A DNA stretch of 64,000 bases from an uncultured Bacilli bacterium (lineage in GTDB: Bacteria > Bacillota_I > Bacilli_A > RFN20 > CAG-631): contig CANQTM010000001.1 in assembly GCA_947626825.1 (NCBI GenBank), positions 32,568 to 96,567 on the forward strand, written 5' to 3'. Within the stretch, counting starts at the first letter, position 1; every line of letters begins with the position of its first letter. Shown piece by piece: positions 50,300 to 60,265 of this stretch. A program made the translations under genes and the position numbers. The notes beneath the pieces were generated by a model, which was given only the letters and a program-made list of their open reading frames with translations, ran no database searches and was not told the origin of the DNA.

Positions 50300-51925
50300 T
50301 TAATCCTCATCATCATAATAATCGTCGAATTCATCATAATCGATGTCTTCATCATATTTGCTTGCTTCTTCTGCTTCTTCTTGTTCTTGTTCAGCTTGAA
50401 TAGATTTTAATTCTTCTTCAGTATAAATAGGAAGAGCTGGAGAAACTTGCTTTTTAACTTCTACTTTTGGTTCATCTTCAGCAGGTTTTTCTACTTGTTT
50501 TTTAGCAGGTTTTCTTCTACTTGGAGTTTGTTTGTCTTCATTATTTGATGAAGAATTTAATGCTGCTTCTAATTCACTAAAGGCATTAAGTGATTTATTT
50601 GTTGTTGGTTTAACTTTTGGTTCTGTTGGTGTTACTGGAATAGTTGTTGGTTCAACAACTGTTTCAATAATATTATTATCAATAGTTGGTGTTGTTTCAA
50701 TTTCAGGTTCAATTGTTTCATTAACTTTCTTTTCTTCAACAATTGGTACTGATTTATTTTCATTATCAAGTTTTGCTGTTCTAATTCTTTTAGCATTTTC
50801 AATAATCTTTAGGTCTTCGACATTTACATATTCATAGCCTTGTTCAACAGCCTCTTCTTCTTTTTTAATGTCAATTTTCCAACCAGTTAATCTAACTGCT
50901 AAATTAACATTTTGTGCTTCTTTTCCAATAGCTAAAGAATATTGATCATTATTAACAATTGCTCGGCAAGATTTTGTATTTTCATCAATCATTTGCATAC
51001 CAGTAACAATTGCAGGTTTTAAAGCATCAGCTACATATAATAAAGGATTATCACTATAATTAACAACATCAATTTTTTCATTGTTTATATAACTCAAAAC
51101 ATGACTGATGGTCATTCCATGAGGACCAATACAAGCACCACTTGGATCTACATTTGGATCTTTTGAATAAACTGAAACTTTAGTTCTTGAACCAGGTTGA
51201 CGAGCGACACCTTTAATTTCTACAGTGCCATTTGCAATATCTGATATTTCCATTTCCATTAAACGGACAATAAATCTAGGATTAGTTCTTGAAACAATAA
51301 CAGGGGCTCCTGTAGCTGTTTTATCTACTTCTTCAACATATACTTTAACATTTTGTCCTTTGATAAAATTATCACCAGGCAACATATGATTTTTATTTAA
51401 ATATGCATTTGTATGATTATCAAGTTTTATAATACAATGTTTTGATTCAACTGCATCAACAACACCTGTTAATATATCTCCAACTCTATTTGAAAAGTTT
51501 TTAACAACTTGTTGTTTTTCTGCTTCTCTTAATTTTTGTTTGAAAACGCTTTTTACTTGCATTGCTGCCATTCTTTTGAAAGATGAAATATCAATTGGTG
51601 TTTTTACAACATCACCAATATTATATTGAACACCAGTTTCTTCAAATGCTTCTTCAGGATCAGTTTCAAAAACATCATCTTTTATTTCTTCAACAACATT
51701 TTTGATTTTAAACATTTCAATTTTCCCAGTATTTAAATCAATATTAACTTCCAAAATTGTATCAGTGTAATCTTTAGTTGCTCTAAAATAAGCTTTCTTT
51801 AAAGCTTCACTCATTGCATCAACTACTACATCTACAGGTAAAGCTTTATCTTTACATAATTCACTAAAAGCTAAAGCAATATTTTGTTCTTCACTAACAG
51901 CTGTTTGTTTTACTTTTCTTGGCAT
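50300..51925 (-). CDS. nusA: Transcription termination/antitermination factor NusA with long Pro/Thr-rich and acidic C-terminal tail
   Basis: NusA N-terminal domain, S1 and KH domains. Confidence 0.9.
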   Translation of the reverse strand: MPRKVKQTAVSEEQNIALAFSELCKDKALPVDVVVDAMSEALKKAYFRATKDYTDTILEVNIDLNTGKIEMFKIKNVVEEIKDDVFETDPEEAFEETGVQYNIGDVVKTPIDISSFKRMAAMQVKSVFKQKLREAEKQQVVKNFSNRVGDILTGVVDAVESKHCIIKLDNHTNAYLNKNHMLPGDNFIKGQNVKVYVEEVDKTATGAPVIVSRTNPRFIVRLMEMEISDIANGTVEIKGVARQPGSRTKVSVYSKDPNVDPSGACIGPHGMTISHVLSYINNEKIDVVNYSDNPLLYVADALKPAIVTGMQMIDENTKSCRAIVNNDQYSLAIGKEAQNVNLAVRLTGWKIDIKKEEEAVEQGYEYVNVEDLKIIENAKRIRTAKLDNENKSVPIVEEKKVNETIEPEIETTPTIDNNIIETVVEPTTIPVTPTEPKVKPTTNKSLNAFSELEAALNSSSNNEDKQTPSRRKPAKKQVEKPAEDEPKVEVKKQVSPALPIYTEEELKSIQAEQEQEEAEEASKYDEDIDYDEFDDYYDDED

Positions 51926-51942
51926 AATAAATTAACTCCTTT

Positions 51943-52419
51943 TTAAAATTTAACTGCAATATGTGCCTTTTGAATATTATCAAAAGAAATTTTTATTTGT
52001 TTTGTTCTTGTTTTATCTTTATATGAAATTAAGATATCATCATCATTAACTTCTATCAAATCGCCAGTATAACTAGGCATTTCACCTTTATTATATTTTT
52101 TCAAATAAACTGTAATATAATTATTTAAATTATTAATAAAATCTTGTTTATTATTAAGTGGCTTTTCGATTCCAGGTGAACATACATCTAAAATATATGA
52201 ATGGTCAATAGGATCAATTTCATCTAATTTTTTTGAAACTAAATTAGAAATAAATTCAGCAGTTTCAAAATCCATAGAGCCATCTTTTTTTTCAATTGAT
52301 ACTCTTAAAATCCAATTTCCATCTTCTTTAACATATTCAAGATCATATAAATTAAGATTATTTTCAGTGACAATTTTACTTATGTCTGGTTTTACTTTTT
52401 TAATGATATCATCATTCAT
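51943..52419 (-). CDS. rimP: Ribosome maturation factor RimP
   Basis: Immediately upstream of nusA. Length fits RimP. Confidence 0.75.
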   Translation of the reverse strand: MNDDIIKKVKPDISKIVTENNLNLYDLEYVKEDGNWILRVSIEKKDGSMDFETAEFISNLVSKKLDEIDPIDHSYILDVCSPGIEKPLNNKQDFINNLNNYITVYLKKYNKGEMPSYTGDLIEVNDDDILISYKDKTRTKQIKISFDNIQKAHIAVKF

Positions 52420-52432
52420 TTTTTGACTCCTT

Positions 52433-52463
52433 ATAAAACAAAGAGTGAGGTTACTTCCTCACT
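52433..52463 (-). terminator. Rho-independent terminator upstream of the rimP operon
   Basis: Minus-strand hairpin agtgagg/cctcact followed by CTTTGTTTT. Confidence 0.45.
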
Positions 52464-52514
52464 TCTTGAAAATATAATACATTTTTTCAAAGAAAAAATC
52501 AATATAAATTTTAA

Positions 52515-52871
52515 TTATGGTCTAAATCTTGGCACATAACTAATATCTTCATTATTTCTTGAATCTCCATTAACTACTAATGGTAATGGTTCCTCATTAA
52601 CTATTTTACCCGTTATAACATCATTTCCAACAGTATTATAAGGTATATTATTATATTGAGGATATTGCATTGAATTAGTTGGCAATATTTGTGTGTTATA
52701 GGCGTATGGATTATAGTTATAGAATTGTTGAGGTGGATAATTATAGTATGGTTGTTGATTGAAATAACCATTGTTGTAATATGGATATTTATTATTTTCT
52801 ACTGCAGCGCCACCGACACCACCAATAACAAGTCCACCTAAGAAAGGAATTAGTCTATCATCATTTCTCAT
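52515..52871 (-). CDS. Hypothetical protein with an N-terminal glycine-zipper helix and Tyr/Asn/Gln/Pro-rich low-complexity region
   Basis: LIPFLGGLVIGGVGGAAV followed by YPYYNNGYFNQQPYYNYPPQQFYNYNPYAYNTQ. Confidence 0.45.
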   Translation of the reverse strand: MRNDDRLIPFLGGLVIGGVGGAAVENNKYPYYNNGYFNQQPYYNYPPQQFYNYNPYAYNTQILPTNSMQYPQYNNIPYNTVGNDVITGKIVNEEPLPLVVNGDSRNNEDISYVPRFRP

Positions 52872-52882
52872 AAAAAAACCTC

Positions 52883-53464
52883 CTAATTTATCATATGATA
52901 ATTAGAAGATCTTGGATATTTTAAATATTTTTTTAATTTATAAATTGGTAATCCAACGATATTATTGTAATCGCCTTTAATTTTTGTAATAAATTTTTTT
53001 GCTTCACCTTGAATTGCATATGCACCAGCTTTATCATAAATTGTTTTTAATTGACAATATAAATTAATTTCTTGTTCTGTTAATTCTTTAAAAGTCACTT
53101 TACTAGTACATGAAAACTTTTTTAAATAATTTTCTTTAATTATGCAAACTCCTGTAATAACTAAATGAGTTTTACCTGATAATAATGAAATCATTCTTTT
53201 TGCATCTTCTTCATCTTTTGGCTTTCCAAGAATTTGTTTATCAATCAAAACAATTGTATCAGCGCCAATAATTAAACTATCTGGATGCTTTTGATATATC
53301 TCTAATGCTTTTTGTGTTGCCAAATGTTTTGAAATAGATTTTAAAGGCCATTTATTATCGATAATTTCTGGATTTTTAGGAACGTCAATAGTAAATTGAT
53401 CACAAATTTTATTTAATAATTCTTTTCTTCTTGGTGATTTACTTGCTAAAACAATCGGTAACAT
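52883..53464 (-). CDS. maf: Maf-family nucleoside triphosphate pyrophosphatase
   Basis: LASKSPRRKELL N-terminal motif. Confidence 0.8.
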   Translation of the reverse strand: MLPIVLASKSPRRKELLNKICDQFTIDVPKNPEIIDNKWPLKSISKHLATQKALEIYQKHPDSLIIGADTIVLIDKQILGKPKDEEDAKRMISLLSGKTHLVITGVCIIKENYLKKFSCTSKVTFKELTEQEINLYCQLKTIYDKAGAYAIQGEAKKFITKIKGDYNNIVGLPIYKLKKYLKYPRSSNYHMIN

Positions 53465-53466
53465 AA

Positions 53467-55197
53467 TTAGTCTCTTTTAATAAGTATTACTGGAATAACA
53501 ATTGGTTCTCTTTGAGTTCTTTCAAATACAAACTCAGAAGTAGCCTTTTTAATGGTATTTTTAATATCAGTAAGACTTACTCTTTCTTTCAATAATTTAC
53601 TTAAAGCATCATATACTACTCTTTCAGCTTCAACTAATAGTTCTCCCCATTCTTTTAAGAAAATAAAACCTCTTGAAACGATTGATGGTGGTTTAAGCAT
53701 GTTCATGTTTTTAATATCTATAGGTACAACTACAGATATTAAGCCATCATTTCCTAAACGAATTCTATCTTTAATTACATTTTCATCGATTCCATTAATA
53801 TCTTTACCATCAATATATTTAGTGGCTATTTCTAATTTTTTACCTCTTCGAACTTCACCTTTATACATTACTAAAATATCGCCATTTTCACATATAAATG
53901 TTTTATCTTTATTAACAATTCCAACCATTACTGCTAAATCAGCATGTAATTTTAGCATTCTATATTCACCATGAATTGGCATAAAATATTTTGGACGTAC
54001 TAATTTTAACATTAATTTCAATTCTTCTCTTTGTGCATGTCCAGAAGTATGAATTGAATATAAAGAACTATTAACAATAACTTCAGCGCCTTGCTTTGAC
54101 AACATATTAATTACTTTAGTTACTGGAGCTAAATTTCCAGGAATTGGATTTGATGAAAATACAACAGTATCTCCTGGAATTATTTTAATTACTTTATGTG
54201 TATTATTTGCAATTCTACTTAATGCTGCCATTGGTTCACCTTGTGAACCTGTACATAAAATTAATAATTCATTTAAGTTTTGATATGCAGAAATTTTAGC
54301 TGTTTCAATATCGTAAATATAATTATCTGGACATCTAATATATCCGAGTTTACGACCTGTTGAAATAGCGTTTTCCATTGAACGACCAAAAACTAGAATT
54401 TTACGATTATATTTTACTGAAGCCTCAATTATTTGTTGAATTCTATGTACATTACTTGCAAATGTAGCAATAATAATTCTTCCAGTAGCATTTTTAAAGA
54501 TTTCATGTAATGATTTTGCAACATCTCTTTCAGATTTTGAAGAACCTTCAACTTCGGCATTTGTTGAATCAGCCATGTATAAAGTGACACCTTGGTCACC
54601 TAAAGTGGCAATTTTTGAAATGTCAATATCTTGACCTATAGGTGTTAAATCTATTTTAAAATCACCAGTTTCAACAATTCTACCATTTGGTGTATCAATA
54701 CAAACACCTAATGAATCAGGAATAGAGTGTGTTGTTGCAAAAAAAGAAATTTTCATAGCTCCAATTTTTATAATATCATTTGGATCTATTTCTTTAATTC
54801 TAGTTAAATAGTTTAAATTATCTTCATCTAATTTATTTTTAATTAATCCAGCTGTTAATTTTGAAGCGTAAATAATAGGAATATTAACGGTTTGAATTAA
54901 AAAAGGAATGCCACCAATATGGTCTTCATGACCATGAGTGATAATCAAGGCTTTAATTTTAGATCTGTTTTTAATTAAATGTTGAAAATCGGGAATAACA
55001 TAATCGATTCCTGGTAATTCATTTTCGGGGAATTTGACACCAGCATCAATGATAATCATACTATTTCCATGTTCAATACAATACATGTTTTTTCCGATTT
55101 CATTAAGTCCACCTAAAGCATAAATATAAGTTTTTACTAACTTGTTTTCTAAATCTTGATTGCTAGACGCACCTAAATTATTTTGTTTAACTTCCAT
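53467..55197 (-). CDS. rnj: Ribonuclease J
   Basis: HxHxDH motif THGHEDHIG in a beta-CASP MBL architecture. Confidence 0.9.
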   Translation of the reverse strand: MEVKQNNLGASSNQDLENKLVKTYIYALGGLNEIGKNMYCIEHGNSMIIIDAGVKFPENELPGIDYVIPDFQHLIKNRSKIKALIITHGHEDHIGGIPFLIQTVNIPIIYASKLTAGLIKNKLDEDNLNYLTRIKEIDPNDIIKIGAMKISFFATTHSIPDSLGVCIDTPNGRIVETGDFKIDLTPIGQDIDISKIATLGDQGVTLYMADSTNAEVEGSSKSERDVAKSLHEIFKNATGRIIIATFASNVHRIQQIIEASVKYNRKILVFGRSMENAISTGRKLGYIRCPDNYIYDIETAKISAYQNLNELLILCTGSQGEPMAALSRIANNTHKVIKIIPGDTVVFSSNPIPGNLAPVTKVINMLSKQGAEVIVNSSLYSIHTSGHAQREELKLMLKLVRPKYFMPIHGEYRMLKLHADLAVMVGIVNKDKTFICENGDILVMYKGEVRRGKKLEIATKYIDGKDINGIDENVIKDRIRLGNDGLISVVVPIDIKNMNMLKPPSIVSRGFIFLKEWGELLVEAERVVYDALSKLLKERVSLTDIKNTIKKATSEFVFERTQREPIVIPVILIKRD

Positions 55198-55269
55198 TTT
55201 TATCCTTCCTTTTTAAATCCGCTATAGCAAAAATATTCTAACATATTATCAAAAAAATTTAAAGATTGT

Positions 55270-55611
55270 TTATAATTTTGAAAGTGCTTTCAAAATGTTT
55301 TTTTCATTTTTTCTTAAAATTAGTCTCTGTTTTATTAAATTTGTGCAGCCAAATAAAACAATAACATCAAAATCATATGGTATATTAGTACATAAACGAA
55401 TTGTTATTTTTTTCTTTTTAAATAAATCATTAACTTTATTAGCTAAAGTTGGTTCACATTTTGAACCATAATAAATATTGACTCCTAAAAAAAATCCATA
55501 ATCAAAACCAAAATAAAGTTTTTTATTATCTTTATCTTTTAAAACTTCCCTAATTCTTTTTAAAAAAATATTTTCAAAAGAATTTTTTGGCCAGTTTTGT
55601 ATGAAAATCAT
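55270..55611 (-). CDS. Hypothetical protein
   Basis: ORF only. YFGFDYGFFLGV weakly resembles an RNase-H-like fold start. No confident assignment. Confidence 0.3.
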   Translation of the reverse strand: MIFIQNWPKNSFENIFLKRIREVLKDKDNKKLYFGFDYGFFLGVNIYYGSKCEPTLANKVNDLFKKKKITIRLCTNIPYDFDVIVLFGCTNLIKQRLILRKNEKNILKALSKL

Positions 55612-55643
55612 TTATTATCACCATTAAAGTATATGATTATTAT

Positions 55644-56924
55644 TTATTCATTATCATTTTCTTTATCATTTTCAGTTGGTTCTAGATTAGTTATTGAAAC
55701 TCTTTCAATAGTAAATTGTGTAGCACTAATAATTTTTATGCGATAATGCCCGAATGTAAAACTTTCTTTTTCTTTAGGGAAATGTCCTAATTGATCAATA
55801 ACCCAACCACCAACAGTTGTATAGATATTATCATAGTTTTCGTAATCATATTCGATAGTATCGAAAAAATCATAAATATTCATATCACCAGCAACAGTAA
55901 ATGTTTTTTGATTAACTTTGTGATATTCTTCATTTTCTTCTTTGTCTTTTTCATCATAAATATCACCAACAAGTTCTTCAATGATATCTTCCATTGTCAA
56001 TATTCCTAAAGTTCCACCATATTCATCTTTTACAATGGCCATATGGATATGATATTGACGCATTTGTTTTAAAATTTCTGAAATTGATTGCGTTTGGAAA
56101 ACATATAATGGTTCAGTTAATAAATTGTTTATATCAATTGAATCACCATTTAAATGTTGTTTTATAATTTGTTTGGTATTTAAAATTCCAACAATGTTGT
56201 CAATATTATCTTTAAAAACAGGAATACGGGAATAATTCAACAATTTTGGATCATTTAATAAAGCATTGATATCATCATCAATATCAAAAGCATATACATC
56301 AGTACGATGCTTCATGATTTCAACAGCATCAACATCAATAAAATCGATTGCGTTTGTTATAAGAGTTTGAATATCTTCATTAATCAATCCTTGTGCTTCT
56401 AATGTATCAACCATTTCAATTAATTCATCATCTGTAACTTGAACTTTCTTTTTCTTTTTTGACAATAATTTATTAAATCCTTTTAAAGATATTTGTACAA
56501 TGAAAGTAATAGGATAAAAAATAATTTGAAAAAATTTTAAAGGAAATGAAAACAATTTACTAAAATTAAATGCATAACTTGTAGCAAGGGATTTTGGAAT
56601 TATTTCACCAAAAACTAAAATTACAAGAGTCATAATAATAGCAGCTAAAGTTTCTGCATTGTTTGGAAAAGTTTGAATTAATAAAATGGTAGCTAAGGAT
56701 GTTGCAGTAATGTTAACTAAATTGTTTCCAATTAAAATTGTTGTTATTGTATCGTTATAGTTATTGACAAAATAGTTAGCTAATTTTGCACCTTTTTCAT
56801 TTTTAGTTACAGCTCTTTCTAAACGAACTTTATTAACCTTTGCCAAAGCAATTTCAATTCCAGAAAAGAATGATGACAAAATCACACACAAAATTATTAA
56901 AATAACAATGATTACCTTATTCAT
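55644..56924 (-). CDS. CNNM/CorC-family protein (DUF21 + CBS pair + CorC_HlyC)
   Basis: Four TM helices, CBS domains, and a C-terminal transporter-associated domain. Confidence 0.75.
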   Translation of the reverse strand: MNKVIIVILIILCVILSSFFSGIEIALAKVNKVRLERAVTKNEKGAKLANYFVNNYNDTITTILIGNNLVNITATSLATILLIQTFPNNAETLAAIIMTLVILVFGEIIPKSLATSYAFNFSKLFSFPLKFFQIIFYPITFIVQISLKGFNKLLSKKKKKVQVTDDELIEMVDTLEAQGLINEDIQTLITNAIDFIDVDAVEIMKHRTDVYAFDIDDDINALLNDPKLLNYSRIPVFKDNIDNIVGILNTKQIIKQHLNGDSIDINNLLTEPLYVFQTQSISEILKQMRQYHIHMAIVKDEYGGTLGILTMEDIIEELVGDIYDEKDKEENEEYHKVNQKTFTVAGDMNIYDFFDTIEYDYENYDNIYTTVGGWVIDQLGHFPKEKESFTFGHYRIKIISATQFTIERVSITNLEPTENDKENDNE

Positions 56925-57964
56925 GATTTTTTCTTCTTCTTTCCTTCATTACTTTCATCAATATCACCAACTAAACGTTCTAAAACATCTTCCATTGTAA
57001 TAATTCCAACAGTTTTATCTTTGTTATCTTTAACAATAGCCATATGTGTTTTCTTTCTTTTAAATTTCATAAAAACTGTTTTTATTTCAGAAGCTGGTGT
57101 AGTAAAAATAGGCTTAACCAACATGTCTTCTAAGTTATATTGTTCATTTGACATTAATACTTTAAGTAATTTTTGCAAATGTAAAATACCAATTATGTTA
57201 TCTATATTTCCTTTATATACAGGAATTCTTGTATATGGATTATCTAAAACATAATCAATTAATTGTTCTCTATTTAAGTTTAAATCAATATTATATGCTA
57301 CTATTTTATTTTTTGGGCACATAACATTTTTAACTCTAATACTTTTAAAATCAACAGCTGATTGAATAATTTGCTTTTCTTGTTCTTCAATTAAACCTTC
57401 TTGTTGAATATTTCCAACAATTTGTTGAAAATCTTCTTCATCAATTAAAGGATCTTCTTTTTTTGCTTTAAATATTTTTTTTAATAATCCTATCAAACCA
57501 CTAAATAATAAAGAAATAGGTGTTAAAATCCAAGCTAAAGCAAAAATTGGGTAAACAATAATTTTAACTATAAAATTAGCAAATGTTTTACCAATATTTT
57601 TAGGAATTATTTCACCAAAAAAGAATACTATTAATGTTGAAAAAATAATAGCAAATAAAGAACCTACTTCTTCTCTTGACATATTTTGAAAAAAAGTAGT
57701 ATTTTGCACTAAATTTGTGCATAAAATTGTGGCTAAAATAGAAATTAAAATATTAACAATATTGTTGCCAATTAAATTGGTAATAATATATTTATCAAAA
57801 TTATTTAAGCATCTAACTACAAGTTTAGAACTTTTTTTCCCATCATCTGCTTCAACTCTTAATTTTATTTGATCACAATATGAAAAAGCACTCTCACTCA
57901 TTGAAAAAAAAGCCGAAAGAAATAAAAGTATAACCAATAGTATAGATCTGGTCAGGCTCGACAT
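56921..57964 (-). CDS. CNNM-family protein (DUF21 + CBS pair), tandem paralog lacking the CorC_HlyC tail
   Basis: Same architecture minus the C-terminal domain. Overlaps its downstream neighbour by 4 nt. Confidence 0.7.
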   Translation of the reverse strand: MSSLTRSILLVILLFLSAFFSMSESAFSYCDQIKLRVEADDGKKSSKLVVRCLNNFDKYIITNLIGNNIVNILISILATILCTNLVQNTTFFQNMSREEVGSLFAIIFSTLIVFFFGEIIPKNIGKTFANFIVKIIVYPIFALAWILTPISLLFSGLIGLLKKIFKAKKEDPLIDEEDFQQIVGNIQQEGLIEEQEKQIIQSAVDFKSIRVKNVMCPKNKIVAYNIDLNLNREQLIDYVLDNPYTRIPVYKGNIDNIIGILHLQKLLKVLMSNEQYNLEDMLVKPIFTTPASEIKTVFMKFKRKKTHMAIVKDNKDKTVGIITMEDVLERLVGDIDESNEGKKKKKS

Positions 57965-58008
57965 AAAAGCTCATCACACTCCAAAGCATATTAATTGCAT
58001 ATATATAA

Positions 58009-58599
58009 TTATAACAAGAAAAATTGAGTTTTCAATGTTTTTATATTTTTAAGTCCTTCATAAATAAAATTGCTAATTAAATAAATAAACCCACTAAATT
58101 CTATAATTGCAAAGATAACATATAAAATAATTCCAAAAATTAAACCAAGACATAATGAACTATAACTTCCTTTATAAAAAATTAATATGCTTATAGCAAA
58201 AAGCAAATATTTTCCAATAAAAGATACTAATAAAATAGTAAAAATTAGTAACTTTTTACTTAAAAAGTTCCAATTTATGAAAATAAACTTTAAACATAAT
58301 AAAATAGCAAAAAATATTAAAAATAATATAGGAGCTATATTTAAATTATTGAAAAAGGCACCAATGACATTCATAACGACTTGAAAATTAACAAATTCAG
58401 TTTGCCCTATTTCATGATATATTTGACCTACAATGCCATTATTTAAAATTGTATCTAATTCGTTTTCACTTAAACTATAACATTTAAATAAAGGAAGCAT
58501 TGCAATTAAATCTTTTATAATAAAAATTCCTGCCAAAAAAGCCAAAATAAATAGGCCAAAATTAATTATAAATTCGCATAATTTTTGATTTTTTGACAT
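58009..58599 (-). CDS. Hypothetical polytopic membrane protein
   Basis: About five TM helices. No motif recognised. Confidence 0.4.
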   Translation of the reverse strand: MSKNQKLCEFIINFGLFILAFLAGIFIIKDLIAMLPLFKCYSLSENELDTILNNGIVGQIYHEIGQTEFVNFQVVMNVIGAFFNNLNIAPILFLIFFAILLCLKFIFINWNFLSKKLLIFTILLVSFIGKYLLFAISILIFYKGSYSSLCLGLIFGIILYVIFAIIEFSGFIYLISNFIYEGLKNIKTLKTQFFLL

Positions 58600-58747
58600 T
58601 TAAATCACCAATAAATATTATAACTTTAAAATATTTGAAAGAAAACACTTTTCTATAATATTTAAAAATATTATTGAAAATCGCTTGCGTTTTGTGTTAT
58701 TATATTTAAGCGTATGTAGTATTTGTTTTTTTAGGAGGTATTACGTA

Positions 58748-59551
58748 ATGAAAAAAATTAAGGCATTTTTTGCTAGAGTTGGTAATTATATTAAAAATAC
58801 AGCTTGGATTCAACCTTTGTTGATTGTTATAGTTATTTTCGTTCTTTTATTTTCTTTAGCACCAATTACTGGTTGTACTAAATCATTTTGGGCTAGAGTA
58901 ACAACAGTTAATAAAATGGATAAAATTTCTTATAAAGAATATATTGAAAAAATTAAAGGTTCAAAAGAAGATGATAAATTTATCATTGTCTTTACTCAAG
59001 AAAATTGTGATGTTTGCCCTATGTTCTATAAAAATATGAATGATTATTTAAAAAATGATTATGGCAAAAAAGCACAAGATTTTGAAATTTTTAATGTTGA
59101 TTTGTCAACTAAATCTAGCAAAGTAAAAATTAATGGTTCAAAATATCAAGTTTATAAAGATAAGACATTAGGATTAGTTTCTCCTACAAGTTATGCAAGC
59201 AATGAAATTATTGCCCAAGATTATGCTAAAAAACTTGATGAAAGAATTAAAACATTCAATGAAAGAGCTTTTGATGGTGCTAATAGCAGTGAATTAGAAC
59301 CTGTAAGTGAAAGTGCTTATACATATTTATCAACTCCATTAGTTATTTGGTATGAAGGTGGTTTAGAAACTAGAATTTCAAATAAATATGATTCTCTTGA
59401 AAAACAATCAGATAACAAAAAAGTTAAAACAACTGAATTTAAAAAGTACATTGAAAACTTTGAAGGTGAAACTAAAGCTGAATGGAATGATGAATTTGAT
59501 TTAACATTCAGTGAATATAAAAACATTAAGGATGCATTTGAAGAGCACTAA
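58748..59551 (+). CDS. Membrane-anchored thioredoxin-like CxxC protein
   Basis: AGGAGGT RBS. N-terminal TM helix. Thioredoxin-fold-like FIIVFTQENCDVCPMF. Confidence 0.55.
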   Translation: MKKIKAFFARVGNYIKNTAWIQPLLIVIVIFVLLFSLAPITGCTKSFWARVTTVNKMDKISYKEYIEKIKGSKEDDKFIIVFTQENCDVCPMFYKNMNDYLKNDYGKKAQDFEIFNVDLSTKSSKVKINGSKYQVYKDKTLGLVSPTSYASNEIIAQDYAKKLDERIKTFNERAFDGANSSELEPVSESAYTYLSTPLVIWYEGGLETRISNKYDSLEKQSDNKKVKTTEFKKYIENFEGETKAEWNDEFDLTFSEYKNIKDAFEEH

Positions 59552-59566
59552 TTAAAGTGCTTTTTT
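59543..59566 (+). terminator. Hairpin plus T run between the two thioredoxin-like paralogs
   Basis: agcact-aattaa-agtgct followed by T6. Confidence 0.4.
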
Positions 59567-59573
59567 CTTAAAA

Positions 59574-60230
59574 ATGAAAAAAGGATTTCTCCTTTCAATT
59601 ATTTTATTAGCAAGTTTTGTTAGTTGCGCTAATGAAAATGATTTGGCATTAAAAACTATCACCTACAAAGAATATATAAATAAAGTTTCTAATGAAGTTG
59701 AAAATGATAGAGATATATTTATTTTTACGACATCAACTTGCACACATTGTCAAAAAATTAGACCACTTTTAAATAAATATGTTGCTTTAAATCCAGATGT
59801 TAATATTTTTGAATTATCTTTAGATGTTAAAATTTCTACTTTTGGTGATAATACATATATATTTAAAGATAGTTCAATGGGATATTTCACTGGTGATGCA
59901 AAAGATGATTGTATAAAATCATTGGATAATCGTATTGCTTTATATGCTAATGCAAATAATTTAGAAAATAATTCTAGTACTAATGCTTTATATTCTCCAA
60001 TCGATATTGAAGGAAATAGCAAATATATGTATGTTTATACTCCATTAATTATTTTTTATGAAAGTGGTTTAGAAGTAAATATTATTAATAATGTTGAAAG
60101 TTTATTAACATATGATAAAAAAAATAAAATTGAATATGATTCATTTGCTAAAATATTTGAATTTCCAACAGAAAAAAATCAATGGGATAAACCATTTGAT
60201 TTAACTTATTCAACTGCTTTTACTCTTTAA
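59574..60230 (+). CDS. Thioredoxin-like CxxC lipoprotein (paralog of the preceding gene)
   Basis: Lipobox LASFVSC. IFIFTTSTCTHCQKI motif. Shares C-terminal blocks (PL[VI]I[WF]YE.GLE and FDLT[FY]S) with the upstream paralog. Confidence 0.55.
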   Translation: MKKGFLLSIILLASFVSCANENDLALKTITYKEYINKVSNEVENDRDIFIFTTSTCTHCQKIRPLLNKYVALNPDVNIFELSLDVKISTFGDNTYIFKDSSMGYFTGDAKDDCIKSLDNRIALYANANNLENNSSTNALYSPIDIEGNSKYMYVYTPLIIFYESGLEVNIINNVESLLTYDKKNKIEYDSFAKIFEFPTEKNQWDKPFDLTYSTAFTL

Positions 60231-60258
60231 TGTCTACTTTGTGTAGACATTTTTTTTA
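60230..60258. terminator. Bidirectional rho-independent terminator
   Basis: atgtctac-tttg-gtagacat followed by T8. Confidence 0.6.
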
Positions 60259-60265
60259 TAAAAAA

